Counted from the first letter of the stretch, positions 16,460 through 26,943 are shown. The stretch: 64,000 bases of DNA from an uncultured Oligoflexia bacterium (GCA_950061135.1 CATLVU010000002.1:3-64002), one strand, 5' to 3'. Made by a program: numbers and translations. Notes: generated from the sequence alone by a model not told the origin.

Positions 16460-17317
16460 ATGAAGGTCGGTTTTTGTTTTCTTAGTGATTATGAAAACCT
16501 ACAGATGGCCTGTTGTGACTCATTTGGATCGAGTAAGAGTAAAGCTAAAAAGTATCTTGGAAAAACCTTTAATAAGATAAAGAAAGAAAAAGCGGTAGAC
16601 TTACCTTTAAACCTTGTAAATGACTTATTAATAAACCCAGAATATCAAGGGCCATCAATAAGAATTCTCTACCAAGATGATCTGTGGCTTGCGATTTCTA
16701 AGCCATGTCAAATTCATTCTCACCCCTTAACTTATAACGAAAAGAATAATGTACTTTCTTTTCTCAGGGCCAATGGTTTTCTTAAACCAATTGGAATAAA
16801 TACAACACAATTTGATCGAGGGCTTCTTTATAGGCTAGATTATGAAACAAGTGGTCTTCTCATTTTATGTAATGATGAAAGGGCTTTGGTAAAAATTAGG
16901 TCTAATTTTAATCAAATCGTAAAACAAAAAATATACTTAGCAATAGTGAAGGGGAAGATATCTTCTGAGCTAAAATTAAATCATCATATTAAAGCATTTG
17001 GGCCGAAGGGCTCTAAGATGATAGAAGCTGATGATGGGCAAAGTGCACGTATAGATGTGTCATTAATAGAATATGATAAATCTAAAAATCATTCATTGGT
17101 TAAAGTCTTTTTACACCAAGGAATACGTCATCAAATAAGAGTTCAAATGTCCCTGATCGGTCATCCGATATTGGGAGATAGTTTATATGGAGGAGAGCAT
17201 TCCAATCGTCTGTACTTACATTGTAATGAATATCAATTTTCATTCAATGGTATTGAAAAAAACTTTCAAGATGATAAAGAGGAGGAACTTTTAAATTTCC
17301 TTCGTTCTAACACTTAA
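16460..17317 (+). CDS. RluA-family pseudouridine synthase
   Basis: Catalytic motif YRLDYETSGLLILC (HRLDxxTSG-type) plus the C-terminal GIRHQIRVQM motif. Confidence 0.85.
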   Translation: MKVGFCFLSDYENLQMACCDSFGSSKSKAKKYLGKTFNKIKKEKAVDLPLNLVNDLLINPEYQGPSIRILYQDDLWLAISKPCQIHSHPLTYNEKNNVLSFLRANGFLKPIGINTTQFDRGLLYRLDYETSGLLILCNDERALVKIRSNFNQIVKQKIYLAIVKGKISSELKLNHHIKAFGPKGSKMIEADDGQSARIDVSLIEYDKSKNHSLVKVFLHQGIRHQIRVQMSLIGHPILGDSLYGGEHSNRLYLHCNEYQFSFNGIEKNFQDDKEEELLNFLRSNT

Positions 17318-17764
17318 TTTTAAAATATCAAAAAGAGTTTCTCTATCTTTTGTTTGGGCCATCTGGTTTATTGCAGGGCCATCAGTAATTGCATCAATGG
17401 TTAATTTGGGATGGATGAGTTTTACAGAAACCTTTTTTAAATACCCCAATGTTTCAGGATTTGTTTTGTGACCTAAGTAACTTAAAGAGTTTGCGAGCTC
17501 TTTATAAAGTAGCACTCTTGAATATTTATCTGCTAGTTCACTTTTGATTTCTATAGATAAGCTCTGAGTAGATGGGCAATGAAAACTCCAGTCTTTTTGA
17601 CTATTTTTCTTAAATCTTTCAACCGTTACTCTACAAGTACTAGGTTTCATTTTTCCAAAATGATTTTCCCAGAACTCTTTGGTTTTTGGGTTCGTAATAT
17701 AGAGACCGAAAAAGACGATTCCTATTATAAGTACTGGATATTTCATAGCTCTTTGCCAAAACAT
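17291..17764 (-). CDS. membrane-anchored hypothetical protein
   Basis: 157 aa with N-terminal anchor MKYPVLIIGIVFFGLYI. Its 3' end overlaps the convergent rluA-family gene by 27 nt. Confidence 0.5.
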   Translation of the reverse strand: MFWQRAMKYPVLIIGIVFFGLYITNPKTKEFWENHFGKMKPSTCRVTVERFKKNSQKDWSFHCPSTQSLSIEIKSELADKYSRVLLYKELANSLSYLGHKTNPETLGYLKKVSVKLIHPKLTIDAITDGPAINQMAQTKDRETLFDILKLSVRTKEI

Positions 17765-17853
17765 ACTACTATTATGCCTAACACATTCTAAAAAAGCTAA
17801 AGAAAAGGTGTAAGATATCCGATGAATATACTCAAGAACATCAAAGAGGTAGT

Positions 17854-18759
17854 ATGCATAAGCACTTGTTATTAGATGATGAAAAATTTTGGTTATTCTT
17901 TGAAAAAGTTAACAAACTATCAATTGAAATCAGTTTTACCAATTTAGCACAAGATTTAGGACTTCAAAAAAAGCAGCTAAGAATATACATCGAAGCCCTT
18001 AAAAGTTTAGGGCCCAGCGTACAAACTTTTCTTCGATTAGATGAAGAGTATCTTAAGCCTATTGAATGGACAGAAAAAATAAACATCGAAATGACTGTGC
18101 CAGAATGGATAAAATTTCAAGCTCATTTTCCTTATCTTGCACAAGCTGAAGGCAAAAAATTTCATAAAGATATATTCAAAAAGTTAGCTCAATTAGAAAT
18201 TAAATTTGAGCAATATGATTTATTTAAAATGATTTCAGAAGACACTTTTTATCAAAAACTAATTGATGATCAAACCGTATTAACAATACAGACGAATTCA
18301 GAAAGTTTAGATCTTTTACCACGTAAAGTTTTATTCTTAGATGGATCGATGACCTTGATAGGAGAAAGAGTAAAAGAAAAAACTCTTACTTATTTTCCAA
18401 TGAGTAAGATAAATGATTTTGAAGTTTCAAAATTATCAACGGATAAAACATACTCAGACAGAGAGGTTGAAGATTTCGTTTCTTCTTTGAGGCTTATTTC
18501 TGAATCCTGTATTAGGTTGGTACTTAAAGTGTATGATTTAGATAAATTTAATATGCAGGCTGAACAAAACTATTTTGAAAAACCTTGTATCTTTTCAAAT
18601 TTAAAAGGGGAGAGTATTTGGGCGGCCACTGTTGAACCCAATGACTCTCTTTATGACTGGGTTTATAATCTTGGTGCAAGTGTTGAAATTTTAGATCCTG
18701 TAGAGTTTAAAAAAGAGTTCTTAGAGTATTGTGAAAGTAAGTTAAAAAAGATAGCTTAA
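17854..18759 (+). CDS. HTH-WYL-WCX (YafY/BrxR/CapW-type) transcriptional regulator
   Basis: N-terminal HTH (ISFTNLAQDLGLQKKQLRIYIEALKSLG), a central WYL-like segment (LLPRKVLFLDGSMTLIGERVKEKTLTYFPMSKI) and a C-terminal WCX-like LGASVEILDPVEFKKEF. Confidence 0.6.
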   Translation: MHKHLLLDDEKFWLFFEKVNKLSIEISFTNLAQDLGLQKKQLRIYIEALKSLGPSVQTFLRLDEEYLKPIEWTEKINIEMTVPEWIKFQAHFPYLAQAEGKKFHKDIFKKLAQLEIKFEQYDLFKMISEDTFYQKLIDDQTVLTIQTNSESLDLLPRKVLFLDGSMTLIGERVKEKTLTYFPMSKINDFEVSKLSTDKTYSDREVEDFVSSLRLISESCIRLVLKVYDLDKFNMQAEQNYFEKPCIFSNLKGESIWAATVEPNDSLYDWVYNLGASVEILDPVEFKKEFLEYCESKLKKIA

Positions 18760-18763
18760 TCAA

Positions 18764-19378
18764 ATGTTGATTAATTTAATACTTGCTTTAAGTTTGATCG
18801 GATATTTCTCAATAAGTTGGCTTGTTCCATGGGAAGAGCTAACAACAAACTCAACAATATCAATTTCATATTTATTTGATATTTTCATTGTTTTATTAGC
18901 AGCATTTAGTTTTAGAAAAATCCCTAATTTAAAATTAAACTTACTCAGACACCTAGCTCAATTTATATTTGCTATCTTCTTAGCAGGTATTTTTGCTTAC
19001 CTACCGGTACATTTACAATGGCAGACACCATTTAAATATCTAGATAAATTATTCATTCAGTTGATAATTCTAGCACCACTTATTGAAGAATTTGTTTTTC
19101 GTTTTTCTTTATATGAATTACAAGAGAAGTCTAAGCTGCCAACCGTTATAAAATACTTAATTAACGCAATAGCATTTTCTATTTCACATGCACCTGCACT
19201 TTGGATTCTGCCTGAAGTATTCCATCAATTTATTATTTATCAATTAGGATATACGTTTGTATTGGGGCTTTATTGCTATCACATAAAGTTTCGTTATAAG
19301 AGTGACTCAGCTGTTATTATTATTCATTTATTGTTTAATCTTGTATTCTATGGTTTTGTGAAACTTTCTTTACTATAG
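18764..19378 (+). CDS. CPBP-family (CAAX/Abi) intramembrane glutamic endopeptidase
   Basis: Polytopic. Motif 1 is EEFVFRFSLYE, and the later motifs are SISHAP and IIHLLFN. Confidence 0.8.
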   Translation: MLINLILALSLIGYFSISWLVPWEELTTNSTISISYLFDIFIVLLAAFSFRKIPNLKLNLLRHLAQFIFAIFLAGIFAYLPVHLQWQTPFKYLDKLFIQLIILAPLIEEFVFRFSLYELQEKSKLPTVIKYLINAIAFSISHAPALWILPEVFHQFIIYQLGYTFVLGLYCYHIKFRYKSDSAVIIIHLLFNLVFYGFVKLSLL

Positions 19379-19437
19379 TCGTCATTTTTGCTAAAACTCA
19401 CCAAATCATAAGGACCATTTAACAAGGTAAGCTTATT

Positions 19438-20853
19438 GTGCAAGACATAAATTATGATGAAATTCAGACGCTTGAGTCTGGCAATGTAAAAGTAGGAGAT
19501 CTCGAATTTCCTAAGCGAAAAGTGTGGGTTAAAACCTACGGGTGTCAGATGAATTATCATGATACCGAAAGAATGCTCTCTTATTTAGATAAATTAAATT
19601 TCTCAAAAACAGAAACGCAAGAGGACGCTGATCTTTTTATTTTTAATACTTGTGCAATTAGAGATTTAGCAAATCAAAAATTTTATTCCCATCTAGGCTC
19701 GGCTAAGCACCATAAAAAAACAGGCCGTGAAATTAAAATTGCAGCTGCTGGTTGTATCGCTCAAACAGAGAGTAAAGAATTGTTAAAAAAATATCCTCAA
19801 CTTGATTTCGCTTTTGGAACAGATGTTGTTGATAATATCGGTGAAATGGTTTATCGCGCTTATGCAGGCGATAAAAAGTTTTCTGTCACTAGTTGGGATC
19901 GTTCTCAGGATTACTCAATTGAAACGAAGATTACGCATGGTAGTCCTCAGGCTTTTGTAAATATAATTAAAGGATGTGATAAATTTTGTTCATATTGTAT
20001 TGTGCCCTTTACACGAGGTCGTGAGAAATCCCGTTCTATTGCAGAAGTTGTTAACGATGTTGCCAGACTTGTAACTTATAATGGAATTCAAGAAATTACA
20101 TTATTAGGCCAAAATGTTAACTCATTTGGAAAGAAAAATGGAGAGTCTTTAGCTGAGCTTATTATGGAGCTTGAGAAAATTGATGGACTTAAAATTATTC
20201 GTTATACCACTTCTCACCCTTACGATATTTCAGATGAATTGATTGCAGTTCACGGGAAAAGCAAAAAACTAGCAAATCATCTTCATCTTCCAGTTCAATC
20301 AGGCTCTAATACAGTTTTACAAAGAATGCTCAGAGAGTATTCGATAGAGCATTATTTAGAGCGACTTGAGAGTCTAAGAAAAGCAAACCCTGAGATCGTT
20401 ATATCAACAGATATCATTGCTGGTTTTCCTAATGAGACAGAGGCAGAACATCAGAAAACATTAGAGCTTTTAGATAAAGCGCAATATGACTTTATTTATT
20501 CTTATAATTTCTCCTCTAGAAAGGGAACAAAAGCCGCACGAATAGATGATATGCTTACAAATGATATTCGTGGTAGACGACTTCGTGAAATACAAGCCCA
20601 TCAATTGAAAATACAAGAACAAGTCCGCCAAGAAATGGTTGGCAAAACATATCGAGTTTTGGTTGAAGGCAGTGGCCTGATGAAAGGTGTACAAAAGTGG
20701 AAAGGGCGAACAAGCTGTTTTAGAATTGTACATTTTGAAGGCGAAGGCGATAAGAATTATCAATGGCATTGGGTGGACTTAGAAATTACTAGCGCTACGG
20801 CCTTGTCTTGTCAGGGAAAAATTATTCAAGATCATGGAAAAAACTGCCTATAA
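19438..20853 (+). CDS. miaB: tRNA-2-methylthio-N6-dimethylallyladenosine synthase MiaB (radical SAM methylthiotransferase)
   Basis: UPF0004 N-domain (VWVKTYGCQMN), radical-SAM CDKFCSYCIVPFTRGRE and a TRAM-like C-terminus. GTG start. Confidence 0.9.
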   Translation: MQDINYDEIQTLESGNVKVGDLEFPKRKVWVKTYGCQMNYHDTERMLSYLDKLNFSKTETQEDADLFIFNTCAIRDLANQKFYSHLGSAKHHKKTGREIKIAAAGCIAQTESKELLKKYPQLDFAFGTDVVDNIGEMVYRAYAGDKKFSVTSWDRSQDYSIETKITHGSPQAFVNIIKGCDKFCSYCIVPFTRGREKSRSIAEVVNDVARLVTYNGIQEITLLGQNVNSFGKKNGESLAELIMELEKIDGLKIIRYTTSHPYDISDELIAVHGKSKKLANHLHLPVQSGSNTVLQRMLREYSIEHYLERLESLRKANPEIVISTDIIAGFPNETEAEHQKTLELLDKAQYDFIYSYNFSSRKGTKAARIDDMLTNDIRGRRLREIQAHQLKIQEQVRQEMVGKTYRVLVEGSGLMKGVQKWKGRTSCFRIVHFEGEGDKNYQWHWVDLEITSATALSCQGKIIQDHGKNCL

Positions 20854-21247
20854 ACCTATTTTAATTATTTGTGGAGCTATAAGCCTTATATTAGGGCTTA
20901 TCGGTGCAGTTCTTCCTGTTTTACCGACAACACCTTTTATTATTTTAGCAGCATATTGCTTTTCGAAAGGCTCAAAAAGACTGCATATTTGGCTCACTAG
21001 TTTACCCTATTGTGGACGTGTTATACTTGATTGGGAGAAGAATAAAGTGATTAGGCCACATATAAAACTTTATGCGGTAAGTTTATTAATTACTTCAATT
21101 ACAGCAACATGTATTTGGGTAAAGGTGAGTATTTATATAAAAATTTCTATTGTTTTGATTGGAATTTTGGCCTGTGTTTTTATTTTAACTCGAAACTCAG
21201 AGGTTAATAATGAAAATAGCAATAATAATTTTAACAATTCTATTTAG
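20834..21247 (+). CDS. DUF454 (YbaN-like) inner-membrane protein
   Basis: LPVLPTTPFIILAAYCFSKGSKRLHIWL is the characteristic YbaN N-terminal motif. Confidence 0.75.
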   Translation: MEKTAYKPILIICGAISLILGLIGAVLPVLPTTPFIILAAYCFSKGSKRLHIWLTSLPYCGRVILDWEKNKVIRPHIKLYAVSLLITSITATCIWVKVSIYIKISIVLIGILACVFILTRNSEVNNENSNNNFNNSI

Positions 21248-21842
21248 TTCAACTTCATACTCTTATGTTGATTTGAATCTTAGTTATACCTATAGTTTAA
21301 AAAGAATTGAGGGCGTTGAAACAGTAGATAATGATGACCCTGGAGAGGCGGTTTCCACTTCTAATGGAGCTTCAATTACTTGGGCGTGGTATATTTGGCA
21401 ATACACCGCTTTAGAATTAAACTATGGAGAGACAACTGAGCGTTTGAAAGACTCACGTGAAAGTACAACAAGTGACGAGTCAGTAACAATTAAAAACCTA
21501 GACAGTACTCTTATTACTAAAGTGTCAGGAGTCGGTATAAGACAATCCTTTGCCGGAAGAAAATCAAGTATTATTCCTTCTCTTTCTCTTGGTTATGCAA
21601 AGTACACAACTTCTGGAAAAACAGTTTATACTTTGGATATTGAGTCCGAAGGTGAGCAGGAAATAACTTTAGAGCGGGAGCAAAAAAGTTTTAATTCTTA
21701 CTATGCAGCTTTTTCTTTGAAGTTCCGAATTACACAGTTAATGGGATTAACACTTGCTGCCAAAACAGTATTGCAAGACTTGGATGCTGATAAACCTAGC
21801 GATAATGTAACTTATTCTGCTGGTCTTTCTTGGGTATTCTAG
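21210..21842 (+). CDS. outer-membrane beta-barrel protein
   Basis: Signal peptide MKIAIIILTILFSSTSYS, alternating beta-strand pattern, and a C-terminal aromatic residue (AGLSWVF). Confidence 0.6.
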   Translation: MKIAIIILTILFSSTSYSYVDLNLSYTYSLKRIEGVETVDNDDPGEAVSTSNGASITWAWYIWQYTALELNYGETTERLKDSRESTTSDESVTIKNLDSTLITKVSGVGIRQSFAGRKSSIIPSLSLGYAKYTTSGKTVYTLDIESEGEQEITLEREQKSFNSYYAAFSLKFRITQLMGLTLAAKTVLQDLDADKPSDNVTYSAGLSWVF

Positions 21843-23107
21843 TTTAAAAAAACTTGCTGATAAACTCCATTCATATCTACACCATAAAAGTTTTCTAATT
21901 CAATAAAAAGCTCTTTAGTCGTTAGGGTGGAATACATTTTTGTGTTAATTAAATGTAATAAAAAAGGTCTCAGTCCACCCTGGTCAGAGAAGTGATAATG
22001 AAAATAGGCAAATAAGTTTCTTCCTGCTGAGTATGAACTCTGTTCTGTGCCGGTATAAAACTCTGGGTTGGAAATAAGAGTTAAGTTTTGAGGTAGCTCA
22101 TACACATAGTTATTATATTTATCAAGCCAAGTTGTGATTGCTTCATCAATCCAGCCTGAACGCCCATCTGCAGAGAGGACTCCTCTTCCAAAATATGAAT
22201 GAATAAGCTCATGTCTCAGAGATCTGAGTTTGGTTCTTGTCGCACCTGCATATTCCATCGATCTTAATGGAGATGATCCGCTTATTGCATGAACGATTAA
22301 CAAATCATGAGGAAATGCACCTAAAGAGCTTTCGAGATACTTAATTTCTGTAAGAGTCGTTTGTAAAAATGGTTTTATGTCTACTTTGTTAAAAAGACTA
22401 TCTTCAGTATAAATTGTGATTGGTATTTCTCTACCGTCTATAGATTTATAAGAAGTATTTATGTGGTGAACTTTTGATGTTGGCAGTATCTGTAAAAAAA
22501 ACGCAGAGCTATTATAAAATTTCGGATAAGAGAGAACAAAATTGTTTTTTAATTTTGTTGTAATCTTAGCATTAGCAATAACTTGATGCCTGTTTTTTAA
22601 TGCTTGCATATCTAAGTATACATTCGCTTTGTATTGATCAAACTCAAAATTTGTTGGTAAGTATTTTTCAAGAAAATTCATATTTTCATAGTCTTTAAGA
22701 TAAAACGCGAACTCAACTTTCTTGCTTTTTTGAAATTTAAGGTCATCTTCCTTTGTTAATTCAGTCTCAATCTCAATTTGGTATTGTCCTGGTTGAAAGT
22801 ACTCTTTTAAAAAGTATCCATAGGTATCTGAATTTGGGAAATAGAATTTTTCAAACTCCAGAGCTTTGCCATTGGATGAGACTTTTATCGGCTTTTTTAC
22901 AGAGAGAAAAACAGGGTGGCCATCGTCTGTTATTTTAAAATTAATTATAGTGTTAATATGAATAGATTTTTTTTTCGGTAAGAATTTTAAAAAATAATCA
23001 GCTTGGGTGATATCGATATAGGCTTTATTTTTTATACTTGTTAAGGGAGTCATCTGTGCATAACTGCAAAGAGAGCTAAATATGAGAAAACTTATAATAT
23101 ACTTCAT
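21839..23107 (-). CDS. secreted M1-like (gluzincin) metallopeptidase
   Basis: Exact HEXXH-X18-E spacing: HELIHSYFGRGVLSADGRSGWIDE. The signal peptide MKYIISFLIFSSLCSYAQ starts at the ATG at 23107; the ORF track begins 6 codons earlier. Confidence 0.7.
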   Translation of the reverse strand: MKYIISFLIFSSLCSYAQMTPLTSIKNKAYIDITQADYFLKFLPKKKSIHINTIINFKITDDGHPVFLSVKKPIKVSSNGKALEFEKFYFPNSDTYGYFLKEYFQPGQYQIEIETELTKEDDLKFQKSKKVEFAFYLKDYENMNFLEKYLPTNFEFDQYKANVYLDMQALKNRHQVIANAKITTKLKNNFVLSYPKFYNSSAFFLQILPTSKVHHINTSYKSIDGREIPITIYTEDSLFNKVDIKPFLQTTLTEIKYLESSLGAFPHDLLIVHAISGSSPLRSMEYAGATRTKLRSLRHELIHSYFGRGVLSADGRSGWIDEAITTWLDKYNNYVYELPQNLTLISNPEFYTGTEQSSYSAGRNLFAYFHYHFSDQGGLRPFLLHLINTKMYSTLTTKELFIELENFYGVDMNGVYQQVFLN

Positions 23108-23177
23108 AGGATAAAGTATTAGCACGAATAATGCGTTGCGTTTGTTCTCTATAGTGTTTTTGTAAAAAATAGCAGGT

Positions 23178-24050
23178 TTAGTAGAGAAAATAAGCCCCAG
23201 CCAAAAATAGGCTTAAGGCCAGCCACAGATGCATATTAGGCCATTTTCGCTGTTGTATATGCTCTGCGGTAGCGCTAAAGAGGCTGCCAGTGATAGCAAT
23301 CGCTGAGATACTGGCCAAATGACCAGTTTGAACTGCTTTTAAGTATAGCCCTAAAGCAATAAATGTCCCAAGAGCACTGGCGAAAATTGCTTTTAAGTTT
23401 TCTTTAAGATCTAGCTCGGAAGTGAATTTAATTAGGTTTATTTTGAACCAAATTCTAATAAAGACGAATGCTAGAACACCGCCAATGCATCGATAAAAAT
23501 TTCCTTCCATAGCAGTTAGTCTAGGGTCTAAATCAAATGCATAGCGGGTAATAATTATGCCGATGGCATCAAATAAAATCCCACCTATTGCAGCGAGAAG
23601 ACCAAGAACTTCCCATCTTTTGTTGGCCTGAAAATACTCATGTCCAATTGTTAATAGACAAGCAATAAACAAAAGGATGGCAATCATTTGATTTGTGCTG
23701 ATTTCTTGCCCAAAAAGAATATAGCTTAAAATTCCAATAAAAAATGGTTGAAAGCCAAACACCATTAAGGTTCTTCCTGCTCCAAAATGTTTGAAGGCAT
23801 GAAGTAAAAATACATCTCCAATCCCAAGTCCAATAAAGCCAGAAAGCATAAGTCCAAAAAATTGATAACTATTGAAAAAATCAAATTTAAAATTAAAAAG
23901 AAAAAATACCCCAAAGAATACGAAGGCAACAATTGCTTTATAGCAATTCATCCATAAAGCGTTAAACCGTCTAGAAAACTGAGTGAATATCAATGAGGCA
24001 ATAGCAAATGTGATATTGGCCCCTAGCGCCAATAAGTAGACTTCTTCCAC
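23178..24050 (-). CDS. EamA/DMT-family transporter
   Basis: 290 aa with about 10 TMs and the two-repeat EamA topology. Confidence 0.75.
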   Translation of the reverse strand: MEEVYLLALGANITFAIASLIFTQFSRRFNALWMNCYKAIVAFVFFGVFFLFNFKFDFFNSYQFFGLMLSGFIGLGIGDVFLLHAFKHFGAGRTLMVFGFQPFFIGILSYILFGQEISTNQMIAILLFIACLLTIGHEYFQANKRWEVLGLLAAIGGILFDAIGIIITRYAFDLDPRLTAMEGNFYRCIGGVLAFVFIRIWFKINLIKFTSELDLKENLKAIFASALGTFIALGLYLKAVQTGHLASISAIAITGSLFSATAEHIQQRKWPNMHLWLALSLFLAGAYFLY

Positions 24051-24122
24051 TGTAATCCTTTGTTTTTGTATAACAATTATGGTTTAGTTCGTATATATGA
24101 TTTTAAATAGGAGAGGTCTATT

Positions 24123-24542
24123 ATGAAAAAAATGATGATTGCAGTTGGTTTGATGTTTATGAGTTTTAGTACTATGGCGGGTTCCGCTGCAGAATTAACA
24201 ATGTTTTTATCTAATAAATATATTGAAGTCCAAGCAATATATTTTAATGGCCGCGAACTTCCAGTAGAAGAATGTAATAAAGACGATGTTACTTTTATGC
24301 ATGCTAACGGAACATATACTTATACAGCGAATACTCCTTGTTCAGATATTGATGACGAAGATGAAACTGGAAGATGGAGAGTTTATAATCAGTCTGGAAA
24401 AATCTTTATGGAAACAGTATCCCCTGATGAAGTAAGCGTTTTAACAGTACAAAGTTACACTTCTAAGCAGGTTGTAGTCCAAGAAACATTTGAAGAGGAC
24501 GGAATGGAGTTTGAGTTTAAAATGATTTTAAAAATCAAATAA
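24123..24542 (+). CDS. small secreted hypothetical protein
   Basis: Signal peptide MKKMMIAVGLMFMSFSTMAGS. GGAG RBS (ataGGAGAGGtctatt). Confidence 0.55.
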   Translation: MKKMMIAVGLMFMSFSTMAGSAAELTMFLSNKYIEVQAIYFNGRELPVEECNKDDVTFMHANGTYTYTANTPCSDIDDEDETGRWRVYNQSGKIFMETVSPDEVSVLTVQSYTSKQVVVQETFEEDGMEFEFKMILKIK

Positions 24543-24546
24543 ACTA

Positions 24547-25566
24547 GTGCTAAGATTATTTTTTATTTTATCATTATTTACCAGCTGTGCACAAACATCC
24601 TATCTTTATCATCAAGGGATTGGGCAGCTGGCCCTTGAATGGAATGGTCGAGACATTGATGATGTTTTAAAAGATCAGTCAGTTTCGAGTGAAATAAAGA
24701 ACAAAATAATTCGTGTTCAAAAAGCTAAGAAATATTTTTTTGAGTATTTCAATTTAAAACCAACAGGTATTTATGACGAAATTACTTTCTTAAAAGATAA
24801 AGCAGTCACTTATCTTGTTACCGCTTCTCCTAAAAAAGAAGTAAAAGCAGTACGTTTTTCTTTTCCTTTTGTCGGTGCTTTTCCCTATATTGGCTTTTTT
24901 GATAAATCTCGAGCAGCGCAGTTTGCTAAAGAGAAAAACAATGAAGGCTATAGTACATATATACGGCCAGTTTATGCTTATTCTACTTTAGATAAATGGA
25001 TATTTTACGATAATATCCTGACTTCTTTTTTTGAATTAAATGATCAGGCGCTTGATCAATTAGTTTTTCATGAGCTTTTTCATACTGTGCTATTTGTGAA
25101 AAATGAAGTGGGCCTTAATGAGAATCTTGCTAATTTTTTTGCTGACGAACTTTATGTAAAATATGCAAATATTAGCGAAGAACAATTAATTAATAAAAAA
25201 AGACAAAAAGAAAAAATGCTGAGACTTAATAACTATATTGTAACTTTAGTTAAAGACTTATCGAAGCTTTATAAAAGTGATGATCGAGCAGGAGATATAA
25301 TCTTATCTAAGTTCCTCGAAAATACTTTTCGGCCACAAATTAAAGATTATTGTAAAAAGAATGGGATAAAGTCATGTTGGCCGCTTCGTGGTAAATGGAA
25401 TAATGCAAGATTTGCAGGATTCAATACTTATAGTGAGAAAAGAGATCATATCGCAAGGATATTTAAAAATAAAAACTTATCTTTAAAAGACTTTTTTGAT
25501 TATATTAAATCTAAAGAAAAGACTTTTAACGGTAGGACAAGCTTCATTGATCATTTGGAGAAATAA
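24547..25566 (+). CDS. putative aminopeptidase (DUF2265-type, HExxH)
   Basis: Lipoprotein-like N-terminus (LFTSCAQ) and an HELFHTV motif in a context resembling the predicted-aminopeptidase family. GTG start. Confidence 0.6.
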   Translation: MLRLFFILSLFTSCAQTSYLYHQGIGQLALEWNGRDIDDVLKDQSVSSEIKNKIIRVQKAKKYFFEYFNLKPTGIYDEITFLKDKAVTYLVTASPKKEVKAVRFSFPFVGAFPYIGFFDKSRAAQFAKEKNNEGYSTYIRPVYAYSTLDKWIFYDNILTSFFELNDQALDQLVFHELFHTVLFVKNEVGLNENLANFFADELYVKYANISEEQLINKKRQKEKMLRLNNYIVTLVKDLSKLYKSDDRAGDIILSKFLENTFRPQIKDYCKKNGIKSCWPLRGKWNNARFAGFNTYSEKRDHIARIFKNKNLSLKDFFDYIKSKEKTFNGRTSFIDHLEK

Positions 25567-25568
25567 AA

Positions 25569-26519
25569 ATGGCACATATCTTTTATATAAATGACTTAGA
25601 AAGATTGAATATAAAAAAAGATTCAACTTTAATGATGGCCATGACTTTGGCCCCTCATGAAGAATGTTATATTATGTTTGAAAATGATCTATATATTTCA
25701 AATGATAAAAATCATAGCTATAAGCTTCACTCATTTAAGGGAAAGTTTAAAGAAGATGGTTATTATCTTGAAAACTTCGAATTAACAGAATCAATTGACT
25801 ACAATTTTTCAGAACACGATACGATCTATATGAGGATTGATCCTCCTTTTGATAGTCGATATCAGCGCTATCTTTGGATGTTAGACTTTCTTCAAAGACA
25901 GCTAAATGTCGAAGTCAAAAATAACCCTCTTGGAATAATGAAATACAATGAAAAATTAACGGCATTTCTTGATGGTGAACATTCGGTTGAAAGCTATGTG
26001 GGAAGCTCGTTAGATTCATTCAAAAAGTTTGTATCTGAGCAAAAGAATAAGTCTGTTTCAAACCTAATTTTAAAACCTCTTGATTTATACAGTGGAATAG
26101 GGGTTCAAAAAATTAATATTGAGGCGGAAGATTTAGAGTCTCTTTTTGAAAATAAAGTCAAAGAGTTTCACGGTGCGATTGTTTGTCAGCCTTTCGTTGA
26201 AAAAGTTTCAGAAGGAGAGATTAGGGCCATTTTTTATCAAAACAAAGAAATTGGAAGCATAATAAAAAGACCAAAAGAAGGTGAGTTTTTGGCCAATATT
26301 GCCCAAGGTGCTAGTTTTGAAAAGATAGAACTAGATCATGCGATACATGAAAAATGTTTAAAGATTTGTGAGATGATGGCCATGGATGGAGTTGATTTAT
26401 TGGCGTTTGATATTTTAGATAATAAGATTAACGAAATAAATATTACTTGTCCTGGTTTATTAGTGGAGGTTTCCCATGCTTGTAAAAAGAATCTTTGTTA
26501 CGATATTTTTAATCTTTAG
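25569..26519 (+). CDS. gshB: glutathione synthetase-like ATP-grasp enzyme
   Basis: Prokaryotic GSH-synthase N-domain pattern (KDSTLMMAM...MRIDPPFDSRY) followed by an ATP-grasp half (ILKPLDLYSGIGV...EGEIRAIF). Confidence 0.65.
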   Translation: MAHIFYINDLERLNIKKDSTLMMAMTLAPHEECYIMFENDLYISNDKNHSYKLHSFKGKFKEDGYYLENFELTESIDYNFSEHDTIYMRIDPPFDSRYQRYLWMLDFLQRQLNVEVKNNPLGIMKYNEKLTAFLDGEHSVESYVGSSLDSFKKFVSEQKNKSVSNLILKPLDLYSGIGVQKINIEAEDLESLFENKVKEFHGAIVCQPFVEKVSEGEIRAIFYQNKEIGSIIKRPKEGEFLANIAQGASFEKIELDHAIHEKCLKICEMMAMDGVDLLAFDILDNKINEINITCPGLLVEVSHACKKNLCYDIFNL

Positions 26520-26943
26520 TACGAATTGTTCTTTTGCTAATGATGAAGATGCTATTTTAGGAATGTGGCTCACAGAGAGTAAAAAAGCGGTAGTTGAAAT
26601 CACTAAAAAAGAAAATAAATTTGAAGGGAAAATAATCTGGCTTTTTAGAATTGCTACAGGCTTGAAAACCGATATTTTTGATGAAAAAAATCCAGAAGAA
26701 AAGCTGCAAAAAAGAAGCTTACAGGGGCTTAAAAACTTAGATGGATTTTCTTTTGATGATAATGAATGGACCGGTGGTACTATCTATGATCCAAACTCTG
26801 GAAAAACTTATTCAGCTAAAATGAGCCTTAAAGATAATAAGACGTTAAAACTTAGAGGTTATGTTGGAATTCCGCTATTTGGTAAAACAAGTACTTGGAC
26901 TAGAGTTGAGTCATTAGAAGAGTTACCATCTAAACCAAAATAA
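26476..26943 (+). CDS. DUF2147 periplasmic protein
   Basis: GGAGG RBS and a signal peptide. Family pattern GMWLTESKKAVVEI...GGTIYDPNSGKTYSAKMSL...LKLRGYVGIPLFGKT. Confidence 0.75.
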   Translation: MLVKRIFVTIFLIFSTNCSFANDEDAILGMWLTESKKAVVEITKKENKFEGKIIWLFRIATGLKTDIFDEKNPEEKLQKRSLQGLKNLDGFSFDDNEWTGGTIYDPNSGKTYSAKMSLKDNKTLKLRGYVGIPLFGKTSTWTRVESLEELPSKPK

